Notes under the pieces: model-generated
Database searches by the model: none
The model's input: only the letters and a program-made list of their open reading frames with translations
What the model was told of the DNA's origin: nothing
From: Eledone cirrhosa
Taxonomy: Eukaryota
Length of the DNA stretch: 64,000 bases
NCBI GenBank assembly: GCA_964016885.1
Contig: OZ024759.1
Coordinates: forward strand, 32,736,001 to 32,800,000
Direction of reading: 5' to 3'
Made by a program: the position numbers and the translations under genes
In this document: positions 26,570-38,648 of the stretch, piece after piece
Position numbering within the stretch: position 1 is the first letter of the stretch
Layout of the letters: every line of letters starts with the position of its first letter

Positions 26570-27994
26570 TTGAACAGAAAGAGATGAGAGAATTCTGGCC
26601 GGTTACAGCTGGTTTGAACAGAAAGAGATGAGAGAATTCCTCCCGGTTACAGCTGGTTTGAAGAGAAAGAGGTGAGAGAATTCTGGCCGGTTATAGCTGG
26701 TTTGAAGAGAAAGAGGTGAGAGAATTCTGGCCGGTTATAGCTGGTTTGAAGAGAAAGAGGTGAGAGAATTCTGGCCGGTTATAGCTGGTTTGAAGAGAAA
26801 GAGGTGAGAGAATTCTGGCTGGTTATAGCTGGTTTGAACAGAAAGAGGTGAGAGAATTCTGGCCGGTTACAGCTGGTTTGAAGAGAAAGAGGTGAGAGAA
26901 TTCTGGCCGGTTATAGCTGGTTTGAAGAGAAAGAGGTGAGAGAATTCTGGCTGGTTACAGCTGGTTTGAACAGAAAGAGATGAGAGAATTCTGGCTGGTT
27001 ATAGCTGGTTTGAAGAGAAAGAGGTGAGAGAATTCTGGCCGGTTACAGCTGGTTTGAACACAAAGAGATGAGAGAATTCTGGCTGGTTATAGCTGGTTTG
27101 AAGAGAAAGAGGTGAGAGAATTCTGGCCGGTTACAGCTGGTTTGAACAGAAAGAGATGAGAGAATTCTGGCCGGTTACAGCTGGTTTGAACAGAAAGAGA
27201 TGAGAGAATTCTGGCCGGTTATAGCTGGTTTGAAGAGAAAGAGATGAGAGAATTCTGGCCGGTTATAGCTGGTTTGAAGAGAAAGAGGTGAGAGAATTCT
27301 GGCCGGTTACAGCTGGTTTGAACAGAAAGAGATGAGAGAATTCTGGCCGGTTACAGCTGGTTTGAACAGAAAGAGATGAGAGAATTCTGGCCGGTTATAG
27401 CTGGTTTGAACAGAAAGAGGTGAGAGAATTCTGGCCGGTTACAGCTGGTTTGAACAGAAAGAGATGAGAGAATTCTGGCCGGTTATAGCTGGTTTGAACA
27501 GAAAGAGGTGAGAGAATTCTGGCCGGTTATAGCTGGTTTGAAGAGAAAGAGGTGAGAGAATTCTGGCCGGTTACAGCTGGTTTGAACAGAAAGAGATGAG
27601 AGAATTCCTCCCGGTTACAGCTGGTTTGAACACAAAGAGATGAGAGAATTCTGGCTGGTTATAGCTGGTTTGAACAGAAAGAGATGAGAGAATTCCTCCC
27701 GGTTATAGCTGGTTTGAACAGAAAGAGGTGAGAGAATTCTGGCCGGTTACAGCTGGTTTGAACAGAAAGAGATGAGAGAATTCCTCCCGGTTACAGCTGG
27801 TTTGAACACAAAGAGATGAGAGAATTCTGGCTGGTTATAGCTGGTTTGAAGAGAAAGAGGTGAGATAATTCCTCCCGGTTACAGCTGGTTTGAACAGAAA
27901 GAGGTGAGAGAATTCTGGTCGGTTATAGCTGGTTTGAAGAGAAAGAGGTGAGAATTCTGGCTGGATACGGCCGGTTTAAATGCTAAAGGGTTAA
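26570..27994 (+). repeat. 44-bp minisatellite, ~31 copies, ending in the MITE right TIR
   Basis: Unit gagaattctggccggttatagctggtttgaagagaaagaggtga; terminates ...tttaaatgctaaagggTTAA about 30 nt before the ADI1 exon 2 acceptor. Confidence 0.93.
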
Positions 27995-28025
27995 AAGTAT
28001 TTTTCTTATTTATTTTTATTTTCAG

Positions 28026-28139
28026 GTGGATGTTGATTCCTATAATGAGAACTTCGATTCTCTAAAGAAAGAACATGGTTATACCTATGAAGATCTAGTA
28101 GAAATCCATCCATCTACCCTGCCTGATTATCATAACAAG
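28026..28139 (+). CDS. ADI1: Acireductone dioxygenase exon 2
   Basis: ttttcag|VDVDSYNENFDSLKKEHGYTYEDLVEIHPSTLPDYHNK|gtttgt, 114 nt, phase 0/0. Confidence 0.9.
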
Positions 28140-28278
28140 GTTTGTGGTTCCTCCTTTTTTGTTTTCATATTATTAACCTCTTCTGAGTGCATTTGATTAG
28201 CAGTTGTGGCTTTTAGCTATGGCTCTTTATATTCTGAGTTCAAACCCCGCCAAAGTTAGCGTTGTCCTTCATCCTTAA

Positions 28279-28475
28279 CCCTTTAGTATTCACATTACTC
28301 TATATATACTATTATATTTTCATGGTAAAGGCTTTATCTCACATAATATCGAATCTATGAGATTTTGAAAGTATTTATTTAGAAAACAATACCTCAACAT
28401 CAGTATGAGTGGCCAGTTACTGCCAGTTTCAACAGAAAGAGGTAGAGAATTCTGGCCGGTTTGAACATTAAAGGG
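28279..28475 (+). mobile_element. piggyBac-like MITE (~197 bp) with TTAA target-site duplication
   Basis: TTAA|CCCTTTAGTATTCA...TGAACATTAAAGGG|TTAA, inserted in a SINE at catccTTAA^gggagtcgataaa; other copies 19701-19900, 35298-35991, 63824-64000. Confidence 0.8.
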
Positions 28476-28832
28476 TTAAGGGAGTCGATAAAATAAAGTA
28501 CCAGACATACAATGGGTCAATTTAATTGCCCCTCCCCCCATTCTTGGCCACGTGTGCCAAAATTAGAAACCATTATTAAACTCTTCGAAGGGCGTTCAAT
28601 TGGCAGTAGAATCGGTGGAGTGCTGGACAACATGCTTTGCAGCATTTAGTTATGGCCATTTACATTCTGAGTTCAGTTCCTGCCGAGGTTAGCTTTGCCT
28701 TTCATCCTTATGGGGATAGATAAAATTAAGTACCAGTTATGCACTGGAGTTGATTTAATCGACTTTCCGTTCTCCCCAAAATTTGTTGACTTTGTGCTTA
28801 AATCAGAAACCATTATTAACTCCTTCTGGATG

Positions 28833-29018
28833 TGGATTGGCAGTATTGGGAGAGGGTCGGACGCCATGCTTTGACGTAGAGTTACGGCCCTTGCCATTCT
28901 GAGTTCAAATCCCGCCGAGGTTGACTTTGCCTTTCATCCTTACGAGGTCGATAAAATAAAGTACCAGTCATGCACTGGGTAATTGCTGGCCTTGTGCCTA
29001 ACGTAGAAACAATTATTA
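28833..29018 (+). mobile_element. Full-length Nin/Deu-like SINE copy (in tandem with an older copy at 28600-28820)
   Basis: Head ggattggcagtattgggagagggtcggacgccatgc..., B box gagttcaaatcc, body and (att)n tail. Confidence 0.8.
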
Positions 29019-29101
29019 ACTCCTTCTTCACCATATTTCTGATAAAATAGACCCTGTCTACTTTTCACTGATTTCTCTTATCCTTTCTTTCTCTCTCTCA
29101 G

Positions 29102-29281
29102 ATCAAATCCTTCTTCACTGAACATATTCACTCCGATGAGGAAATCCGTTTGATACTGGATGGATCCGGCTACTTCGATGTCCGAGACAAGGATGATAAG
29201 TGGATCCGTATCAATGTTACGAAGAAGGATCTCCTTATATTACCATCTGGGATTTACCACCGCTTCACTCTGGATTCCAAC
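29102..29281 (+). CDS. ADI1: Acireductone dioxygenase exon 3 (cupin metal-binding core)
   Basis: ctctcag|[37 protein letters not shown]...[13 protein letters not shown]|gttagt; H-x-H-xxx-E...H ligands intact. Confidence 0.95.
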
Positions 29282-30012
29282 GTTAGTAGATGTAGCTTTA
29301 ACAATTACACACCACCACCACCACTACCACCGTCGGTGTCAGCATCATCATCATCATCATCATCATTTAATGTCTATTTTCCTTGCTAGAAATGGAGTCT
29401 TGAGTGGCCTAGCAGTAAAAGTGTTGGACGTATGATCATCATGTGGGTTCAATCCCTGCACTGGGGTGTCTGTTGTGTTGTTGAGCAAGACACTTCATTT
29501 CACGTTGCTCCAGTATACTCAGCTGAAAATGAGTATCAGCAGCAATTGGTGGAAGGTGCATGGCTTAGTGGTTAGAGCATTGGGCTTGCAATCGAAAGGT
29601 TGTGAGTTCAATTCTCGGACCGGGTGATGTGTTGTTACATTGAGCAAGACACTTTATTTCACGTTGCTCCAGTTTACTCAGCTGTAGAAAAGAGATGATA
29701 GGGACTGGGGGTCCCTATCATTAAATCACCCAAGACACCTCCGAGATATACCTTGGAGGAGGCCAGCTAAACCTGCATAGGTGTGAGCTGTCACATACAA
29801 TTGGTGGAGGTTTAACTCTGTGATGAAGTGGAGCCCTGTTCAGGGGAACGTCTTACACTCTCAGTCGCTTCACTCTATAGAAACCAGGATAAGTACCATC
29901 CTGATGAGCCTTCGCAGTCCAGACATGTTGATCTTTTTCTTTTCTTTCTTTTTTTGGAGGTTTTATATTTTATTTTACAGTTTTGTTACTTGTTTTCTTT
30001 TTTTTTCTTCAG

Positions 30013-30135
30013 GATTACATAAAAGCCTTGCGTTTGTTCAAGGGGCAGCCCGTGTGGACCCCAATAAACAGACCAGCGGCAGATGACCACGTTGATCGGA
30101 AGGCCTACCTTGCAACAATCAATGTTGCACCATGA
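30013..30135 (+). CDS. ADI1: Acireductone dioxygenase exon 4 (last)
   Basis: ttcttcag|[40 protein letters not shown]; total protein 180 aa. Confidence 0.92.
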   Translation, partial: DYIKALRLFKGQPVWTPINRPAADDHVDRKAYLATINVAP

Positions 30136-30809
30136 AATGAAGAAATCTCTGCTGATTATGGGAGGGAAAGAAACTGATTATTATTATTATTAACTTTGCC
30201 TTTCATCCTTACATGGTCGATAAAATAAAGTACCAGTCGCGCACTGGAGTCGATTTAATCGACTTTCCCCTCCCCCCAAAATTACTGGCCTTGTGCCTAT
30301 ACTAGAAATCAGTATTTTTATTCACATTATCAGTGATTAAAGGATACACAAATTTAAGAAAATACAATTCCCTCCATCAATACATATGTAGATTCATATA
30401 TATATTCTACATACATATATACACATGACTATATATATCCAACCCAGAGCCTTTTCATTCCTGTTGGAGGAACCCCTCCCCACTGGTTGACCTCCACCAT
30501 TTTCTGTTTGGACATGCCAGGGGTGTAGCCGTACTCACCACACTTGGTGGTGAGGATATTTAACCTATAGTTAGGGTGGATGGTTGTTGACTCTGAAGAG
30601 TTCATCCACCCTTTTTACAGCTCTTGTTTTTTGTGTTGCTGGAGTTCCCCTTACCTTCCTCACCAAACGAGGATCTAGTGAGGGGAGCCAGTTTAGTTGT
30701 TGACCACTCATCAACCATGAAGCAGGTTGTACTGGGTTACATTGTCCCAGTAGCAGGCAGAAGCCTGACCTGACATACATACATACATATATATATATAC
30801 ATATATATA

Positions 30810-31020
30810 TGTAAATAGAAATAACAACACAATCGGTACAGTATATGGAAGTAATATATTAGTTTAAGGTTTGAAATAGCAGGAAGGGGGTCTTAACGTT
30901 TCGGACACTAGTCCTTCATTGAAAGAAAGAATGAGAAATTAGAAAGATTGTAGGGACGGTTAGGAAAAAAATGCTTTTAGAGAAAAGTAGCAGGTCCATT
31001 CATGTTGCCATCTCTTGGAA
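30810..31020 (-). mobile_element. Family A copy with mutated hammerhead core
   Basis: Reverse complement reads ttcAATGAaggactagtgtccGAAACGTTAAGA (core CTGATGA damaged). Confidence 0.55.
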
Positions 31021-31579
31021 ATATATATATATGTGTATGTATGTATGTATGTATATATATATCTTGATTCTTTGATTTTGTCATTTCACAAGAATGTTTT
31101 TATAATTTAGCAAAAAAAAAAAATATTTGGAATTTAAAAAAAGAAATAAAAAATATTGCTCCACTTCTGTTGTTGTTGTTGTTGTTGTTATGCTTTGCTT
31201 ACACAATAGCCTTGGGTTGACCAATAACATGTGAGAGGAATCTGGTAGACAGACAATGTGTGGAAGACCATTATGTGTTGTGTGTATATATATATATATA
31301 AATATATATCTCAGAAACACCCAGTTCACTCTGTAAGGTGGTCATGTTGGTGTCATAAAATGCTCCCAGTACACCCTGTAAAGTGGTTGGTGTTAGAAAG
31401 GGCATCCAGCTGTAGAAACCAAGCCAAAATCAATTCTATATGAGCAAGACAGGGTCTCCTCACCTGGCATTGCTCACAACAGGACAACACGTCTAACCCA
31501 TGCTAATGTGGAAAAATGGACGTTAAACGGTGATGATGGCGATGGTGGTGGTAATTTGATTCTTATACCCAGTTTCTCT

Positions 31580-31980
31580 TTCAGCTCATCCACGTGTGGT
31601 GGCAGAGTCCTCAAACACTTCTTTCAGTGGCTCCTGTCAGAAGCAACCATCTCTCAATTCGGAGAAGTAGCAGTTCTACCTGGAGTGACTCCAGCAATTC
31701 TTTCATGAGATATTCTAATGACATGTCCGTAGTATTGGAGCTGTAATCTCTCAATTTGGAGAAGTAGCAGTTCTACCTGGAGTGATTCCAGCAATTCTTT
31801 CATGAGATATTCTAATGACATGTCCGTAGTATTGGAGCTGTAATCTCTCAATTCGGAGAAGTAGCAGTTCTACCTGGAGTGACTCCAGCAATTCTTTCAT
31901 GAGATATTCTAATGATATGTCCGTAGTATTGGAGCTGTAATCTCTCAATTCGGATAAGTAGCAGCTCTACCTGGTGTGAC
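31580..31980 (-). repeat. LINE-ORF-derived 97-bp tandem (~3.5 copies) plus LINE 3' end, just downstream of the TEFM stop
   Basis: Unit encodes LQVELLLLRIERLQLQYYGHVIRISHERI. Confidence 0.85.
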
Positions 31981-32017
31981 TAGATTAATTAAGTAATTGT
32001 ATGAAAGATTTATTTAT

Positions 32018-32437
32018 TTATTTATTGAGAATAATTAATTTATAAAATGATAAGGCTTGCAACAAACAACAAGTTATCTTCTCTTGTTGTACAGTATCGT
32101 ACTGGAAAAACCGGTCAGAGAGCGGTTGTGATATATTGACATCAAGGTCACAGTAGGTTCTTTTGTGGTTAATAATGTCTCTAAATATATGTTGTCCACT
32201 TACCCGTTCTCCACCAATTGATAGATTGAAGAGTTTGTTAATGGCATGAGGTTTGATGGTGTAAACACGATGAGTCCTGTCTACACTGAAGTTGTGGTTT
32301 AACATAGAAACTATCATTGATTCGATTGTTCGTAAGCTGACAACAAATGGCACAACACGTAAACTTGGGTAACGATAGATTTTGTTTTCCAGAGTATATA
32401 TAGTGGCCTTTGGTAGGGTTTCAAAACATTTCTGAAT
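32018..32437 (-). CDS. TEFM: Mitochondrial transcription elongation factor, exon 4 (last; RuvC/resolvase-like domain)
   Basis: ttttgcag|IQKCFETLPKATIYTLENK...IESMIVSMLN...AINKLFNLSIGGERVSG...CCLLQALSFYKL* parallels the TEFM C-terminus (ADFYVLE...EAMLYALLN...FELMIG..RTSG...LLQAIAFYEL). Confidence 0.85.
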   Translation of the reverse strand: MQKCFETLPKATIYTLENKIYRYPSLRVVPFVVSLRTIESMIVSMLNHNFSVDRTHRVYTIKPHAINKLFNLSIGGERVSGQHIFRDIINHKRTYCDLDVNISQPLSDRFFQYDTVQQEKITCCLLQALSFYKLIILNK

Positions 32438-32751
32438 CTGCAAAAAAAAAAAAAAAAAAAAAAAAATAGTAGTGATCATCATCATCTCACACACACATAT
32501 ATATATATATTTTAATATAGAAAAGCTTCTACAGGACTAGAACTTTCATTCGTGAGAAATCATCAGGAATAATTTATCTCTATATATATATAATAACTTA
32601 TATATATATATATATATAGTTAAAGAAAGAAGAGTAACATAGTTGGCTGTACAATAAGGGCTTTATTTAAAGTACTGACAACTGGATAACCTACAACGAT
32701 AACTTGTTATCCCATATATATATATATAGCTGTTTTGTTTATTTATCTATA

Positions 32752-33117
32752 ATAAATTGGATGTGCAATGACAATGTGCGTGAACGACCGAGCATGGATG
32801 TGTTGAGAGAGAAGCTGTGTTTAAGAGGGATAAGTTGTAGTGTGCGGGAGAGGAGACTGCGATGGTATGGACATGTGATGCGCATGGAGGATGACCGCTG
32901 GGTAAAGAAATGCCAAGAAATGCCAGTGGAAGGAAGATGCTGTAGAGGAAGACCATGAAAAACATGGGCGGAGGTGGTGAGAGCTGACCTCAGATCGCTG
33001 GAACTCATGGTGGAGATGACGAAGGACCGTGACAAGTGGAGAGATGCTGTGCTGAATAGGACTCGTCCCACCCTTGCAAGCAGGGAAAAGTGGACGTAAA
33101 ATGATGATGATGATGAT
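32752..33117 (+). mobile_element. RTE LINE 3' end (ORF C-terminus and tail)
   Basis: WMCNDNVRERPSMDVLREKL...RERRLRWYGHVMRMEDDRWVKKC...GRCCRGRP*KTW...DRDKWR then (atg)n tail; further RTE bits at 33715-33815 and 35232-35290 (MLHGSETW). Confidence 0.85.
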
Positions 33118-33394
33118 ATATTGCACGTCTCAAAGGCGATGACACAAAACCGAGATCTCTGGCGTTATGCGGTAAACTTCCCACGGGCACATGCCGAAGC
33201 TGAAGCATATATACAGTATGCACAACCCCTTCCTCACCCTCCCATACATCTCATGGGGACAAGCCGAAACACTGTCAAGTGGTCGTAGATATATATATAT
33301 ATATATATATATATACGCAAGGCGTCCCCCCAAAATCTATAGACACTTCAATAGCATTCTAATCAAAGTGTGCATAAATTTTTTTAGAACACCC

Positions 33395-33432
<38 letters not shown>

Positions 33433-33539
33433 CAATAATATTAATAAATGGAAAATATCTTTATAAAACCATATTTATTTTATTATTCATATTTCAGGGG
33501 TACCAATATTTTGGTAAACTTTCGTCAGATAAAATACAA

Positions 33540-33660
33540 TATTTGGTTTAAAGATAGTGATATATCTTTATATGAACTTATTTGGTTTAAAGATAGTGAT
33601 ATATCTTTATATGAACTTATTTGGTTTAAAGATAGTGATATATCTTTATATGAACTTAAT
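33540..33660. repeat. 39-bp tandem x3
   Basis: tttggtttaaagatagtgatatatctttatatgaactta repeated three times. Confidence 0.9.
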
Positions 33661-34411
33661 GTTATAAGTTCATTGTTGATATATATATATATATGTAATT
33701 CAAGCATGTTTTGCAACGTGAGGACCAGAAACAGGAGGTGTTCAAGATTGCGAGGCAGTGTGTCAGAAAGAATTGTGATGTCATTGGAGAGAAGTGTATC
33801 TGGAATGACAAAGGTGGAGGTGCCACGGCAAAAAAGCACCCAGCCCACACTGTAAAGTGGACGTGTAGGTGCCATGGAAAAAAAGCACCCGTCACTCACT
33901 GTAAATGAGGTTGGTGTTAGGAAGGGCATCCAGCTGTAGAAATCCAGCCAAAATCAGTTCTTGTATGAGCAAGACATGGTCAGCCGACCAAACACTGCCC
34001 ACAGCACAGGACAACCTGTCTAACCCATGCCAGCATGGAAGAACAGACGTAAAACGGTGATGATGATGATGATGATATAGTTAGTCTTTTCAACTGTGGT
34101 CTGTACTGCATTGTTATAGGTCTGACCTATTTAAATCTAGTAGATAGACAATGTATTAAAAAGTAAATGATAGAAACATATATAGGTCACACTGCTGTGG
34201 GGTGGGGATATACAAGCTGGTGTGGAAAGAGTATCAGTTCATCTCTAGTTGCTTAAAAAGCTGTGTGTGTGTTTATATGTACAAAGGTTCTGTGTGTGTG
34301 TGTGTGCGTGCGTGTTCAGACTATGTATGTACATGTGTATATAGAAAGGCTGAGTGTGAACATGTCAGTAAAATGTGTGTGTGTATGTGGGTGTGAACAT
34401 GCCTGTAAAAG

Positions 34412-34452
<41 letters not shown>

Positions 34453-34721
34453 AAGGCTCTGTGTGTGTCTGTGTGTGAATATGCCTGTAAAAGCTGTGTA
34501 TATATATATATATATATACAAAGGCTCTGTGTGTGTCTGTATGTGAATATGCCTGTAAAAGCTGTGTATATATATATATATATACAAAGGCTCTGTGTGT
34601 GTCTGTATGTGAATATGCCTGTAAAAGCTGTGTATATATATATATATACAAAGGCTCTGTGAGTGTGTAAATGCTTGTATAGGCTGTGTGTGTGTATATA
34701 TATATATAGATATAACTCTTT

Positions 34722-34925
34722 ATAATAACGAAGGAAGTGTGGTAAGGAATCAGGTGGACCATAATGCACCAGAGTACTCAATACTTAGAGTAGTAGAGTG
34801 GGTAATAGGAAAATGCTCAAGACCCCGACGGCAGAGCTCAAGCCATTTCGACGGCTATTTCTGGACGTTCAGAAATAGCCGTCGAAACGGCTTGAGCTCT
34901 GCCGTCGGGGTCTTGAGCATTTTCT
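34722..34925. mobile_element. Fold-back repeat family B (fixed ~85-bp flank plus long palindrome); copies at 43490-43690, 58430-58650; partial copies ~50330, ~51260, ~61015
   Basis: Shared ataacgaaggaagtgtggtaagg...gagtactcaatacttag...gagtgggta followed by palindrome gaccccgacggcagagctcaagccgtttcgacggctatttctg|cagaaatagccgtcgaaacggcttgagctctgccgtcggggtc. Confidence 0.7.
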
Positions 34926-34963
34926 GATAACTCTTTATAATATATAGACAAGAGATAGAATAC

Positions 34964-35113
34964 CTTTTCAAAGTAAACAGTGACATCATATTTGGTGTAG
35001 AGTTTATTAAATATCATTGTTTGGTTCCAGTCGACTACATCAAGGTTGCGGGACATTTTCAACCAAGTAATGCGGTCAGTTTGAATGTCCAATGCTACTA
35101 AACTGGTTATTGA
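34964..35113 (-). CDS. TEFM: TEFM exon 3
   Basis: cctaaacag|SITSLVALDIQTDRITWLKMSRNLDVVDW...VYFEK|gtattc, 150 nt, phase 0/0; start of the RuvC-like fold. Confidence 0.83.
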
Positions 35114-35297
35114 CTGTTTAGGACAGAGAAGAAACAAATAGAGATTGTTATATATACATATAGATTCAAAATAGAGTGGTGCGTAGGACAAAGACAATGG
35201 AAAAAACAACAAAAAGATGGTCAGTCTCATTTCAATGCTGCATGGTAGTGAGACATGGGCAGCAACTGCGGAGGATATGCGAAGGCTGGAGATAAAA

Positions 35298-35991
35298 TTT
35301 ACATTACTCTATATTTACTATAGTATTTTCATGGTAAAGGCTTTACCTCAAATAATATCTCACATAACATTTACAATACTCTACATTTACTATAGTATTT
35401 TCATGGTAAAGGCTTTACCTCACATAATATCACACATAACATTTACATTACTCTATATTTACTATAGTATTTTCATGGTAAAGGCTTTACCTCACATAAT
35501 ATCTCACATAACATTTACATTACTCTATATATACTATTGTATTTCATGGAAAAGGCTTTACCTCACATAATATCTCACATAACATTTACATTACTCTATA
35601 TTTACTATAGTATTTTCATGGTAAAGGCTTTACCTCAAATAATATCTCACATAACATTTACAATACTCTACATTTACTATAGTATTTTCATGGTAAAGGC
35701 TTTACCTCACATAATATCTCACATAACATTTACATTACTCTATATTTACTATAGTATTTTCATGGTAAAGGCTTTACCTCACATAATATCTCACATAACA
35801 TTTACATTACTCTATATATACTATTGTATTTCATGGTAAAGGCTTTACCTCACATAAAATTGAATTTACAAGATTTTGATATTATTTATTTGGAGAACAA
35901 CGCCTTAACACAAGTATGAGCAACTGGTTTGAACAGAAAGAGGTGAGAGAATTCTGGCTGGATACAGCTGGTTTAAATGGTAAAGGGTTAA
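35298..35991 (+). repeat. piggyBac-like MITE with an internal ~72-bp unit amplified ~8x
   Basis: Unit tttacattactctatatttactatagtattttcatggtaaaggctttacctcacataatatctcacataaca, then the MITE 3' half ending aaagggTTAA. Confidence 0.88.
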
Positions 35992-36091
35992 ACAAAACAT
36001 TATTTCCTAAAAAAAGCAAAAAAATAAATTGGTATACGACATAGGTGCCACAGTATGGCACCAACCAGTGGTAAAATAATATACAACATAC

Positions 36092-36454
36092 ATTACTCAT
36101 CTCTTTGGTCATAGCTGGTTGGCTTTTGGTAACTTCTGGTGCTGACAGAGACGCTGGTACCAAATCTTGCAATTTTTCATGATTTAAAGACTTTAAAATG
36201 TTGAATAATTTCTGCAGTTCAAGAAAACTCAAACCAGGAACTTTAGAGATTTGATTCAAACTTGTGAAATTCCCAAACTGTTCACGGTGGGAAATAATTG
36301 TAGAAGTCTTGGATTTGTTTAAGTTTTTCGTAGCCAATAGATCCAATTCTGATGCCTTATTGAAGCAATCTAGAATATTCTGTCTTTCTTCTTCACTATA
36401 AAAGCTATCAAATAGACTTTTTTCAGATGTACTTGTCTTGGAGTAGGTTTTCAC
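36092..36454 (-). CDS. TEFM: TEFM exon 2 (helix-hairpin-helix domain)
   Basis: aattctag|VKTYSK...YSEEERQNILDCFNKASELDL...IISHREQFGNFTSLNQISKVPGL...EMSN|gtatgt, 363 nt; ComEA/Tex-like HhH as in TEFM. Confidence 0.85.
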
Positions 36455-38567
36455 CTAGAATTAAAACATAAATAACATTTTAAAATAGAATTTAGAAGCT
36501 TTCACTGTGTATTAACTACAGAAAATTGTTTAATATTTACTGGCACAATGTCAGTTCTGATGACGAGTGTTCCAATTGATCTGTGTAATGGAACAGCCTA
36601 CTTATGAAATTAACGTGTAAGTGGCTGAGCATTCCACAGACATGCGTACCCTTTGCATAGTTCTGAGGGAGATTCAGTGTGACACAGAATGTGACAAGGA
36701 TGGTCCTTTAAATTACAGGTACAACTCATTGTTACCAAGAGTGGACACTGGATCAACGTGAAATTAGGTGTCTTGCTCAAGGACACAACATGTCGCTGGG
36801 AATCAAATTCATGACCTTATGAATGTGAGCTGAATACCCTTAACCTCAAAGCCTAACATTAGGGCATAAGGCACCCCACCACACACCATAACAGGAGAAA
36901 AGTGAGCATGAGCAGGATAACAAATTGATTATATCCTGTGATTCTGTAGTTGAAACACTCAGTCTTTCCAGGATATGACATTGGTGATGTGTCCTGTAGT
37001 CAGGCTACCTGGATGAGGGTGACTATGTTGTAAGACCTTCTGAAACACCCAATGACAAGCTCAAAATAGAAGTGGGTTTAGAGAAATTAATATATGACAC
37101 CAATAGTGTGTTGTGATATTTGTTTGTTTTGTGAAAGATATTGGTTTAGGTCTTACAACATAGTTACCCTCAGCCAGGTGATCCGACTACAGATGTAAAT
37201 AATTAGACACATCATTAGTGTGCTTTCCTGGAGTCACCGGGGGTTTCGAGGAAGGGGATCTTACAGCACAGACACCCTGATTCAGGTAGTCTAACTATGG
37301 GAGACATCATCAATGTTATATCTTGTATAGATGGGGGTGTTTCAGGTCTTACAACTCAGTCACCTTCATCCAAGTGATCCAACTTCAGAAACAGATAATT
37401 AGACACATCATTGGTGGAGTATCCTAGAGGTAATCGGGGGGGGGGGGGTATTAGGTCTTACAAGATAGTCACCTTCAGCCAAGTGACCCGCGACCGATGT
37501 TCAAGTGACATATATTACAAATGAGCCCCCCCCCTCCAACTCCGACCCACAGGTCACCTTTCCTCAGTCATCGCTATTTAAAAAATCATTTAAACAACCC
37601 TCCCCTTTCTCTGCTACTTTCACGGTATTTCCTATCTCGGCTAACTCCTCGCGATACTTAGGAAAAGACTCCCAAGGTTACATCACCTGTGAAAACGTCC
37701 CGTTTAAAATATAAACAAAGTCTAAAGAAAACTCCTGCGTTACGATATAATAATAAATATTGTAGTGTACCGTGCTCAGGTGCACTACAGCTTATCAACG
37801 GTGCACGTATAGTACATAGAATAATTGTTTCTACTTTAGGCACAAGGCCAGCAATTTACCAGTACATTACTGATACTTTATTTTATCGACCCCGTAAGAA
37901 TGAAAGGCAAAGTCAACCTCGGCGGGATTTGAACTCAGATCGTAAAGGGACGTAACTATGCTGGAAAGCATGGCGTCCGACCCTTTACCGATACTGCCAA
38001 TCCACCATAGAATAATATACAAATGTTAGCAAAGTGAACAGCGTACGATTCATGATTTACACACAGACACACACAACACACACCATTATATACACACACC
38101 ATTTATATAATGAAAATTATTGTTTACAGTGCTCAGGTGCACTACAACTCATCAACGGTGCACGTATAGTAGATAGAATAATGTACAAATGTCAGGAAAG
38201 TGAACATTGTCCAAGCCACGATATACACACACAGACATACACACACACACATATATGCGTGTTTATGGAGGTTCCTAGCAATAATTAATTATATTTATTA
38301 TATTATATTATATTATATTAATATTTATATTTTAATTCTGAAAGAATTGTGAACAATTTATAAATATTATTTATTTATAAAACTGCGAATAAAAATATTA
38401 CTTTGTAGACTATAATAACTGTTTCTCCTTTTGGCACAAGGCCAACAAGTACTCAGTGCATTACTGGTACTTTATTTTATCGACCCCGTAAGGATGAAAG
38501 GCAAAGTTGACCTATAATAACACAACTAGAACATCAAACCAGTGAAAACAAAACTGCAATGATTTAC

Positions 38568-38648
38568 CGAAATAGTCTTTAAAAGGAGATATTTTAATGG
38601 AGGAGATCTCCAAGCCATTCTCCGGATAATCTGGGGTAAAATAGACAT
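38568..38648 (-). CDS. TEFM: TEFM exon 1 (mitochondrial presequence)
   Basis: MSILPQIIRRMAWRSPPLKYLLLKTIS|gtaaat, 81 nt, phase 0. Basic with no acidic residues, typical of a targeting peptide; total protein 337 aa. Confidence 0.65.

Noticed and set aside
29880-29915. GAAAC...CTGATGAG as a permuted hammerhead
   Set aside because: Stems I-III cannot be drawn convincingly, and it lies in a SINE Meta-like domain.
33255-33285. gccGAAACactGTC hammerhead 3' half
   Set aside because: No intact CTGANGA upstream; at most a decayed remnant.
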